A stretch of 42,726 nucleotides of DNA, from the IMG/VR virus record IMGVR_UViG_3300029566_000029; one strand, given 5' to 3'. A program made the translations under genes and the position numbers. Below the pieces are notes generated by a model. That model was not told the origin of the DNA. It was given only the letters and a program-made list of their open reading frames with translations, and did not search any database. This stretch comes from a virus. Below are positions 26,001 through 32,693 of the stretch, in pieces. The number at the start of each line of letters is the position of its first letter. The first letter of the stretch is position 1.

Positions 26001-26529
26001 CGTCTGTCAGTCCTTTCAGTTTTGCGATTTCTTCCGGGGTCATGGTGGGAATGCCCTGCTGTTGGCATTCCTGCACAATCAGCTCAATCAGGCGGTGCAT
26101 CTGAGATGTATCAAACACGCTGGAACCGTACCAGCATTGCAGGGTGTAGAACGCGCCCTGCGGGGTTGCCATTTCGTCCAACTTATGCACCTGCCAGCCA
26201 TCGCCTTTTGTTTCCCATCCGACCTTAAACGCCTTAGCGGCGGGGGCTGAAATGGTGATAATAGCAGAGCTGCCGCCAATGTCGCGTATCAAATCGCGGT
26301 AGATGTCCAGTACAGGGCGGTTGATTTTGGCGGCAAGCTGATTCATGAGCGTCCAAGCATAAGCGTTGGCAGACAGGCTGCGCTTTTGCGTGGACGTGCC
26401 GATGACGGCGGCAAGGGGCTTGTTTTCGTCGATGACAGCGCGTACTTTATCGCAATCAGCCGGGGAACATTCCAGCGTGATTGTGTTGCCGATAACAACG
26501 GCCTGTTTGATGGAGATTTGTTGCTTCAT
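25978..26529 (-). CDS. Recombination-module protein (putative HNHc-nuclease-family-like), function uncertain
   Basis: The RSLSANAYAWTLMNQLAAKI motif resembles proteins found beside Sak/Erf genes in Firmicutes phages. ATGA coupling links it to the upstream gene. Confidence 0.45.
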   Translation of the reverse strand: MKQQISIKQAVVIGNTITLECSPADCDKVRAVIDENKPLAAVIGTSTQKRSLSANAYAWTLMNQLAAKINRPVLDIYRDLIRDIGGSSAIITISAPAAKAFKVGWETKGDGWQVHKLDEMATPQGAFYTLQCWYGSSVFDTSQMHRLIELIVQECQQQGIPTMTPEEIAKLKGLTDDAPTDAQ

Positions 26530-27233
26530 TTTCTGTGTTCAAACTCCTTTGCAACGCTGCGCCAATCATCATCGGTGAAGTCCTTAAACAACTTGCCAAT
26601 AAAGGTCTTTGCTTCTGTTTGGACTGTCTTTTTGTCCTTACCAGTTCGCTGTGCATATCCTGCCAGCGCAGTTGTTGCCATGTCCTTTACGACCTGTGCG
26701 GTAACTTCTGGCGCTGCTGTGACAGGCTGCGGTTCTTCTTCATAGCGCTCTTTAAATTCATCTGCTTCACTGTCGGAATAGATGCCGTCAAACGCAAGTT
26801 TGCAGATTTTTAAAACAACACGGTCAAACAAGCGTTTGTATGCCATCGCATAAGGGTAAGCATTCTTACAGTTCTGCGCGGATGCTTCGCCAACTTCGTA
26901 AAGCCCCTGCTGCTTGTTGGTGTAAGTGAACACAAGAGAGTTCCCATATCCAGCTTTATCAACGGATACGCAATCCGGGTTGAACTTGTCTTTTTCAGGC
27001 ATGTTATCGTTAATCTTCAAGCAGGCGTTGTGGCTGATAATCAAGCCGGTGTACATCATTTTCCCGGTTTTGGTTTCGTTCATGAGAATCCAGAAGTCTG
27101 CCTCGTTGAGGTAGGGCCGTTCCTGAATGGCCTTTATGGCTTTGGCACGGCTGGCAAGGTATTTCGCGCTCTGCACGACAGGGATTTGTTGCCGAGTCTT
27201 GAGAGAATATTCAGAAGTTTTTTCGTTAAACAT
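26526..27233 (-). CDS. Putative single-strand annealing / recombination protein (Sak/Rad52-like?), function uncertain
   Basis: The start is taken at MFNEKTSEY (ATG 27233, TGATG overlap). It lies in the SSB/nuclease/RusA neighbourhood. The functional call rests on context plus the GEAS...N..N.YP.AMA.KR..DR.VL motif recalled from memory. Confidence 0.4.
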   Translation of the reverse strand: MFNEKTSEYSLKTRQQIPVVQSAKYLASRAKAIKAIQERPYLNEADFWILMNETKTGKMMYTGLIISHNACLKINDNMPEKDKFNPDCVSVDKAGYGNSLVFTYTNKQQGLYEVGEASAQNCKNAYPYAMAYKRLFDRVVLKICKLAFDGIYSDSEADEFKERYEEEPQPVTAAPEVTAQVVKDMATTALAGYAQRTGKDKKTVQTEAKTFIGKLFKDFTDDDWRSVAKEFEHRK

Positions 27234-27550
27234 CAAATAGATTCTCCTTCCGGGTCGGGGGTGGTGAGGTGGATGCGGTAGCATTCTGCCGGGCAGGTGT
27301 GCTCCAGCGGTACAGGGCGGACGATGGGAACCTCGATTTTCAGCCCTGCATAAGGTGTGTTAAGGGATACGTAACGCTTCTTTGACGTGCCATAAACGCG
27401 GCTGCCGGTAAAGGATGCGATGGCGTATAGGTCGTTGGGGTAGTAAGCGGAAACGATGCCGTTGTTGTTGCATGCAAAAAACCGCGCTTCGGGCTGTTTA
27501 AGTGCCTTTGCGGCTGCCGCAGCAGCGGAAAGCTGTTCAAATAAATTCAT
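27233..27550 (-). CDS. Hypothetical protein (105 aa)
   Basis: ATG 27550 follows AGGAGGA. Confidence 0.6.
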   Translation of the reverse strand: MNLFEQLSAAAAAAKALKQPEARFFACNNNGIVSAYYPNDLYAIASFTGSRVYGTSKKRYVSLNTPYAGLKIEVPIVRPVPLEHTCPAECYRIHLTTPDPEGESI

Positions 27551-27734
27551 TGGGTTCCTCCTGTTCGTTCTGCCATTCCCAGGCATTGACTTCTATAATG
27601 CAGTTCTCGCAGCCGATAATCTCATTGCCCTGACGGTACAGGGTTTCACATTCATCGCCGCAGATTGGGCAGATGGGGCAGTTATCATCAGATGGTGGAA
27701 ATGGGTTATCTTGATGGCCATAAAAGCTGGTCAT
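27537..27734 (-). CDS. Small zinc-ribbon protein (65 aa)
   Basis: CPICPICGDEC ... CENC. The ORF is coupled to both neighbours. Confidence 0.6.
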   Translation of the reverse strand: MTSFYGHQDNPFPPSDDNCPICPICGDECETLYRQGNEIIGCENCIIEVNAWEWQNEQEEPNEFI

Positions 27735-28699
27735 TCTGCGGCCTCCTGTCTTCCTTCATCATCAGAAAAATGCAGCTCCATCAAGTCAGCAATCGCAAGG
27801 TACTCTTTGGCGTATTTGCTGTCTCCGTGGGTTTTCTTGACAATCTCGCGGAACTCCGCTAAATCGCCATAAAAGCAACCGCACTGCACGCGGAGAATTT
27901 TATCCTTGCAGCGAAAAAATGTGGTCGCGCGAAAATATCGGCCAAAGCCTTCAACGACGGCGTAGTCCGCATTGCCGTAGACCTGCGCATTGCCGGAGAT
28001 TCGCGCATCGTCGGAGACCGACGCATTGCCGGAGATTCGCGCATTGCCGTAGACCTGCGCATTGCCGGAGACCCACGCATCGTCGGAGACCGACGCATTG
28101 CCGTAGACCTGCGCATCGTCGGAGACCGACGCATTGCCGTAGACCGACGCATTGCCGGAGACCCACGCATCGTCGGAGACCGACGCATTGCCGTAGACCT
28201 GCGCATTGCCGGAGACCCACGCATCGTCGGAGACCGACGCATTGCCGGAGACCTGCGCATTGCCGGAGATTCGCGCATCGTCGGAGACCGACGCATTGCC
28301 GTAGACCGACGCATTGCCGGAGACCTGCGCATTGCCGGAGACCCACGCATCGTCGGAGACCGACGCATTGCCGGAGACCGACGCATTGCCGGAGACCTGC
28401 GCATTGCCGGAGATTCGCGCATCGTCGGAGACCGACGCATTGCCGAAGACCGACGCATTGCCGGAGACCTGCGCATTGCCGGAGATTCGCGCATCGTCGG
28501 AGATTCGCGCATCGTCGGAGACCCGCGCATTGCCGGAGACCCACGCATTGTCATCGTTGGAGAGGTTTTCTTCCTTTTCCACAAAGCCCCCAAGTTCGCC
28601 AGCTCTTATGGTACCGAAATCGACAATAGCCTTGATGCGGAACAGCTTATTACCGAAAGCGTTTGTTATAAATTCATCGGTGAGTTCAAATTTCTTCAC
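27731..28699 (-). CDS. Hexapeptide-repeat (left-handed beta-helix-like) early protein
   Basis: The start is GTG after AAGGAGGA. A 50-aa N-terminal domain precedes about 32 consecutive hexapeptides of type [ND]-A-x-[VI]-[SYF]-[GD]. An 80-aa C-terminal domain follows. Confidence 0.8.
   Translation of the reverse strand: MKKFELTDEFITNAFGNKLFRIKAIVDFGTIRAGELGGFVEKEENLSNDDNAWVSGNARVSDDARISDDARISGNAQVSGNASVFGNASVSDDARISGNAQVSGNASVSGNASVSDDAWVSGNAQVSGNASVYGNASVSDDARISGNAQVSGNASVSDDAWVSGNAQVYGNASVSDDAWVSGNASVYGNASVSDDAQVYGNASVSDDAWVSGNAQVYGNARISGNASVSDDARISGNAQVYGNADYAVVEGFGRYFRATTFFRCKDKILRVQCGCFYGDLAEFREIVKKTHGDSKYAKEYLAIADLMELHFSDDEGRQEAAE
27974..28549. repeat. 18-bp tandem repeat array (about 32 units) inside the hexapeptide-repeat gene
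   Basis: The units are variants of GACGCATTGCCGGAGACC / GCGCATCGTCGGAGACC. The array lacks stop codons in nearly all frames, which generates the spurious track ORFs 27859..28593, 27919..28629, 27951..28544 and 28314..28850. Confidence 0.95.
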
Positions 28700-28862
28700 G
28701 GCGGGATTCCTCCTTAAAATACAGTCCGCACAGCGGATTCAGAGCCAGCAGTGCGAGGATGGTTACGGGAATGTTCATGCTGCCGAGCGCCGCCAGCAGC
28801 AGCACCAAATCAGCGGTGATTGCCAGCTTGACGGCGGCGCGTTTCAGTGATACAATGCTCAT
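28686..28862 (-). CDS. Small membrane protein (58 aa, two hydrophobic segments)
   Basis: ATG 28862 follows AAAGGA. The product is MSIVSLKRAAVKLAITADLVLLLAALGSMNIPVTILALLALNPLCGLYF... Confidence 0.5.
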   Translation of the reverse strand: MSIVSLKRAAVKLAITADLVLLLAALGSMNIPVTILALLALNPLCGLYFKEESRREEI

Positions 28863-28886
28863 GTAATAGTTTTCCTTTCTGCTTTT

Positions 28887-28927
28887 GCCGCGTCGGTGCG
28901 CCAACACCGATGCGGCGTTTTTTGTTT
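28887..28927 (+). terminator. Plus-strand-oriented intrinsic terminator inside the minus-strand early operon
   Basis: A 12-bp stem, GCCGCGTCGGTG / CACCGATGCGGC (one mismatch), is followed by GTTTTTTGTTT on the plus strand only. Confidence 0.6.
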
Positions 28928-29124
28928 CAGCATATAAGGCTTGCTATTTGTTCGCAGGTCATGTTGTGGATGCTGCCATAGTGCATCCATACCCAGTTGC
29001 GGGAGCGGCCGAGAATCTTTGCAACCTTAGTGGGGCCAAAAAGCATCTCGCCGGGGTAAAGCTCGGCAGCGCGGGCACGGACTGTGACAAGGGTGTCACG
29101 GTATAGGGGTTTTTCACGGGGCAT
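28927..29124 (-). CDS. Small putative DNA-binding protein (65 aa; HTH-like FGPTKVAKILGRSRNWVW)
   Basis: It is the second gene of the early operon. The function is not established. Confidence 0.5.
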   Translation of the reverse strand: MPREKPLYRDTLVTVRARAAELYPGEMLFGPTKVAKILGRSRNWVWMHYGSIHNMTCEQIASLIC

Positions 29125-29130
29125 GGCGGG

Positions 29131-29328
29131 TTACTCCTTTCTTAAAAGGTCGTCAATCGTGCAGTGGTAAAGCTGCGCGATCTTGGGGAGAAGGGCGGCG
29201 CGGGGAGCATAAGAGCCAGTTTCCCAGTTATAAACAGTAGCGTCTGAAACCTTTAAAGCTGTCATAACCTGTTGAACGGAAAGCCCAGCGGATATGCGCG
29301 CCTTGCGAAACCCAGTTTCATTCGACAT
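29131..29328 (-). CDS. Cro-like XRE-family HTH regulator
   Basis: FRKARISAGLSVQQVMTALKVSDATVYNWETGSYAPRAALLPKIAQLYHCTIDDLL is a classic HTH_3 pattern. The gene is divergent from the CI-like gene. Confidence 0.85.
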   Translation of the reverse strand: MSNETGFRKARISAGLSVQQVMTALKVSDATVYNWETGSYAPRAALLPKIAQLYHCTIDDLLRKE

Positions 29329-29356
29329 TATTTCACCTCCGAATACTAAGTTTAGC

Positions 29357-29385
29357 TTGACAACTTAGCAAAGCGGTTGTATTAT
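29357..29385 (+). promoter_or_regulatory. Rightward promoter TTGACA-17-TATTAT
   Basis: The -35 is at 29357-29362 and the -10 at 29380-29385, with an exact 17-nt spacer. An operator abuts the -35 and another lies in the spacer. Confidence 0.6.
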
Positions 29386-29459
29386 TGAATTGCGATATAC
29401 AATAATTTTTGTAGGCCCACAACAGGTTTTGCGGGTTCTGCTTTTGCTTTGCTAAACTT

Positions 29460-29488
29460 AGTATATCCTAAGTTTAGCAAAAAGTCAA
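29460..29488 (-). promoter_or_regulatory. Leftward promoter TTGACT-17-TATACT
   Basis: On the minus strand the -35 is at 29483-29488 and the -10 at 29460-29465, with a 17-nt spacer that contains an operator copy. Confidence 0.6.
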
Positions 29489-29546
29489 TGCATAACTTAG
29501 CATTTCCTAAGTAGGGCAAAATCTGCACAAAAGGACGGATTTTGCT

Positions 29547-29924
29547 ATGAGTGAACAAAAAACACCGCTTGATAATGCACCCATTGATAACGCACCGATT
29601 ATTAAAAGAATAGAAATTCTGCTTGCAGTGAAGGAAGCTACAAAAGCAGACTTTTACAAACAGACAAGCGTATCATCGGCAACTTATGCGCAATGGAACG
29701 CGAACCAGTATAAGCCAAGCAGGAAAAAGCTACAGGCGATAGCTGAATATTTCGGCGTAACCGTTGACTACTTGTTGACGGGGGAGCAAAAAGAAAACCC
29801 CACCAGCGTTGCCGCTGATGGGGTGGATGAGCTTGATAAAGAGGCGCTGAACATTATGCACCAGCTGCCGCCGGAGAAGCGGGCGGCGGGTCTGGCGATG
29901 CTGCGAGGGCTTTTAAATAATTAA
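29547..29924 (+). CDS. CI-like XRE-family repressor without a peptidase domain
   Basis: The HTH_3 core is IKRIEILLAVKEATKADFYKQTSVSSATYAQWNANQYKPSRKKLQAIAEYFGVTVDYLL. The protein is only 125 aa and has no S24 Ser/Lys module. Confidence 0.8.
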   Translation: MSEQKTPLDNAPIDNAPIIKRIEILLAVKEATKADFYKQTSVSSATYAQWNANQYKPSRKKLQAIAEYFGVTVDYLLTGEQKENPTSVAADGVDELDKEALNIMHQLPPEKRAAGLAMLRGLLNN

Positions 29925-30367
29925 CATAGGCTGCTTTATCTGGCAGCTGGTGAAGCATGGCAATAAATTCCCGGTCACTGATTTCCTGCATGGTCGTTCT
30001 CCTTCTTTATGTAGCTGCTGTTTTCGATACAACTATAACACAACTAATAGTTGTGTTTCATTGACAAAATGCACAAAATAGGTTGTATTGGTTTTACTGT
30101 ACGGATTATGGGACGTTTTCTCTTTCTGGTTCTGCCGTGATGGACGGGCGGAGGCTCTTGCACTTTGCACATATTGCAGCTCCTTTTATTTAAAGTGTAC
30201 TACACCCACAATAGGATTTTTGTCAGAGCGTGTAAACAGCCAGAAAAGAAAATGCGATACATGACGGAATGTATCAGCTTACTGGGGTGAGTTGCGGAAA
30301 ATGTGGCTGGTGCTTGATGTGTTGATTGGGTCGATTGGGTTTGTGAGGTATTAAAGAGGTGGCATAG

Positions 30368-31123
30368 ATGCCGAAACCGTTAGTCTTTTGGCGTACTGAT
30401 GAAGAGGATGACTATGTACACACAGAAAAAGACTGTGTAGAAATAGTCAATGCAAAGACGGTACAATGTGGGGCGATTGAGGATGCGCAACGGAGCGGGC
30501 ATACAAGAGCTTGCCCATACTGCCAGAGAGCGCGGAATTTACCAGAGAGAAAAGAAGCCGCTGTTGTAAAAATTAAGGCGGACGCGCCAGCAGTACAAAA
30601 AGCTCCCGTATTGATTGCAACGCTTGCAGCTGTTGCGTGTACATGGCTGTGTTGCTTGTTATACTATAATGAGCAAAGCACAGATATAAAAAATGCTGCA
30701 TATAACGATGGGTATGTTGCAGCAGAAACGGATTATTCGGAAACGTACGAAAGCCGTTACCGCGAAGGGTATGACACAGGTAAATCCGCAGGTTATGACT
30801 ATGGAAAACGCGAAGGATATACAAGCGGATACGCTGAAGGATATACAAAAGGGAAAGATTCTGTAGATACCGATTCAAGCTATCAGGACGGATATAACAA
30901 CGGCTATAACAAAGGATACGATGCCGGTTATGATGACGGTGCCGGAAGCTATAGCCAATACAGTGCACCACAAAGCAGTTATACATATACTGTTTATATC
31001 ACCGCAACAGGGAACAAATATCATGCGGCGGGGTGCCAGTATCTTAAAAAGAGCAGTATCCCTATAGATATAAACCAAGCAATATCGCAAGGATACACGG
31101 CATGCAGTCGATGCAATCCGTAA
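30368..31123 (+). CDS. Membrane moron protein: duplicated His/Cys motif domains, one TM helix, GY-repeat region
   Basis: RBS AAGAGGTGG. The N-terminus carries YVHTEKDC...ACPYC. The TM segment is VLIATLAAVACTWLCCLLYY. Repeats include EGYDTGKSAGYDYGKREGYTSGYAEGYTKG...GYNNGYNKGYDAGYDDG. The C-terminus carries KYHAAGCQYL...GYTACSRCNP. Confidence 0.7.
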   Translation: MPKPLVFWRTDEEDDYVHTEKDCVEIVNAKTVQCGAIEDAQRSGHTRACPYCQRARNLPERKEAAVVKIKADAPAVQKAPVLIATLAAVACTWLCCLLYYNEQSTDIKNAAYNDGYVAAETDYSETYESRYREGYDTGKSAGYDYGKREGYTSGYAEGYTKGKDSVDTDSSYQDGYNNGYNKGYDAGYDDGAGSYSQYSAPQSSYTYTVYITATGNKYHAAGCQYLKKSSIPIDINQAISQGYTACSRCNP

Positions 31124-31228
31124 CAAAGTAAAAAGCCCCTGCCGGTGGGACGAGCACCGACAAGGGCAAAGGGTGTCAGCATTTAGCTGGCATCTTTTAG
31201 TATATAGCGATTTTAGGAGGGTGTCAAC

Positions 31229-32371
31229 ATGGCAAGAGCAAAAGCGCGGGCCGATGGGCTGATTGAACGAACAAAAACCTACGACGGCAAGCGGGTACAC
31301 TTTTACGGCAAGACCGCGAAAGAGGTCGCCGCAAAAATTGAAGAGTACGAACGCCAGCGGGAAGAAATGAAAGAGAACGGCCCACTGTTTGAGGATGTGG
31401 CCGGTGAATGGTGGGAGACCCATTCAAAAAATATCAAGACAGGCGCTGAAAGAGCCTACAAGGGCAGCTACAAGGCCGCGCTGGAAGAGTTTAGCGGGTA
31501 CAGAATGAAAGAGATAACCCCTGCTGTGGTGTCGCTGTGGGGCGAGAAATTCAAGGCCGCAGGCTATGCAGGGAAGACGGCAAGCAACGCCCGGAGCGTG
31601 TTGTCTTGCGTGTTCAAGTTTTGGTGCGTCCGGGATGGCGAAACATACAACCCGGTAACAGTTACAGATTTGCCGCGAGGAATGAAAAAGGAGCGCCGGG
31701 AGCCTCCAACGGTGGAACAGCTGGAAACGGTCAAGGCACACCCGGAAGGGTTCGGGCTGTGTGCCTGGCTGTTCATGTACACCGGCTGCAGGTTGGGCGA
31801 GGTGCTGGCTCTGCAGTGGGGGGATGTGGATTTTGAAAACAACAAGATCGTCGTCAACAAGGAAGTCGCATGGGTAAATGCGAAGCCCGTTGTACAAACA
31901 CCGAAAACCGCAAACGGTGTGCGAGTAGTGCCGCTGCTGACACCGCTGCGGGCCGTGCTGGAGCCGTTGAAGGGCGGCAAGAATGATTTTATATTAAGCG
32001 GGAAAAAACCGCTTAAAAGCTACGAATACCATAATAATTGGCTGCGCTATTGTGTTGCTGTCGGCATGGCTGAAATAGATGCAAAAGCAGAGGCAGCACG
32101 AGAACGGAAGCGGGCCGCAGCTGCCGGAGGGTCAGAACGGAAAAAGCAGTGCAAGACGCACTGCTACAAGGCCAGCGTAACGGCACACCAGTTCCGGCAC
32201 GAGTATGCCAGCATGTTATATGCTGCAGGCATCGGAGAAATGGAAGCTCAAAAGCTGATGGGGCATGCCGATATATCTACGACACGGAAAGTTTACACGC
32301 ATATCCGAGAACGACAGCTAAACGGAGCGGCGGAAGCTCTCGAAAAATTTATAAACGATAATACGAAATAA
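31229..32371 (+). CDS. int: Tyrosine recombinase / phage integrase
   Basis: The catalytic region is GCRLGEVLAL...HQFRHEYASMLYAAG...LMGHADISTTRKVYTHI (R...H-x-x-R...Y). The gene lies adjacent to attP. Confidence 0.95.
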   Translation: MARAKARADGLIERTKTYDGKRVHFYGKTAKEVAAKIEEYERQREEMKENGPLFEDVAGEWWETHSKNIKTGAERAYKGSYKAALEEFSGYRMKEITPAVVSLWGEKFKAAGYAGKTASNARSVLSCVFKFWCVRDGETYNPVTVTDLPRGMKKERREPPTVEQLETVKAHPEGFGLCAWLFMYTGCRLGEVLALQWGDVDFENNKIVVNKEVAWVNAKPVVQTPKTANGVRVVPLLTPLRAVLEPLKGGKNDFILSGKKPLKSYEYHNNWLRYCVAVGMAEIDAKAEAARERKRAAAAGGSERKKQCKTHCYKASVTAHQFRHEYASMLYAAGIGEMEAQKLMGHADISTTRKVYTHIRERQLNGAAEALEKFINDNTK

Positions 32372-32377
32372 ATTTCA

Positions 32378-32410
32378 AACCGGCTGTTCCAAAAACAGCC
32401 GGTTTTTTTA
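32378..32410 (+). terminator. Rho-independent terminator after int
   Basis: An 11-bp stem, AACCGGCTGTT / AACAGCCGGTT, is followed by TTTTTTT. Confidence 0.85.
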
Positions 32411-32465
32411 CGACGTTTTTACGACACTAGTACAAGAATTACTGCGTTTACGACATGTTTACGAC
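32407..32465 (+). repeat. attP arm-type repeats, left arm (4 x TTTACGAC)
   Basis: Direct copies occur at 32407, 32418, 32447 and 32458, as two pairs spaced 11 bp apart. Confidence 0.7.
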
Positions 32466-32510
32466 CTGTTTTTTTACTGTTTAGGACGTAAAAAGACATA
32501 CAAAAACAAG

Positions 32511-32557
32511 AAAAAAGCGCGTTGCAAAGTGAATTTGCTTTGCCAACGCGCTTTTTT
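32511..32557. terminator. Bidirectional terminator in attP region
   Basis: AGCGCGTTGCAAAG / CTTTGCCAACGCGCT forms a stem with one bulge, flanked by an A-run and a T-run. Confidence 0.7.
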
Positions 32558-32560
32558 AGG

Positions 32561-32587
32561 TGGAGCTAGTAACAGGAATCGAACCTG
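32561..32587 (-). other. attP core: 3' end of a tRNA gene (T-arm, acceptor strand, CCA)
   Basis: The reverse complement is CAGGTTCGATTCCTGTTACTAGCTCCA, comprising a GTTCGATTC T-loop region, a 7-nt acceptor strand, a discriminator and CCA. No matching 5' half lies upstream, so this is a fragment and not a gene. Confidence 0.75.
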
Positions 32588-32621
32588 AATAGATTGACGA
32601 TATACAGTCAATAATAAAACA

Positions 32622-32693
32622 TCTACGACTTAATTACGACTGTTCAAAATAATAAAGCCGCCCAATATGAGCGGCTTCTTGTTCAGTCGTAAA
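32622..32693. repeat. attP arm-type repeats, right arm
   Basis: TCTACGAC occurs at 32622 and ATTACGAC at 32633, 11 bp apart. An inverted copy, GTCGTAAA, lies at 32686-32693. Confidence 0.6.

Larger units (their letters stand above)
29345..29513. promoter_or_regulatory. Operator repeats of the CI/Cro switch
   Basis: CTAAGTTTAG or CTAAACTTAG (arms CTAA/TTAG) occurs at 29346-29355, 29452-29461 and 29468-29477. AACTTAGCA occurs at 29362-29370 and 29494-29502. Confidence 0.7.

Noticed and set aside
27859-28850. Long ORFs in other frames and on the plus strand across the 18-bp repeat array (27859..28593, 27919..28629, 27951..28544, 28314..28850). I also considered a CRISPR-like array.
   Set aside because: They encode monotonous Arg/Pro/Cys/His strings and have no RBS. 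They exist only because the repeat unit lacks stop codons. The repeats are contiguous with no unique spacers, and they lie in frame with a gene that has proper N- and C-terminal domains, so this is not a CRISPR array.
32561-32640. A complete minus-strand tRNA gene at attP.
   Set aside because: Only the T-arm, acceptor 3' strand and CCA are present. The sequence where the 5' acceptor strand and D-arm should be does not pair with TACTAGC, so it is an att core fragment.
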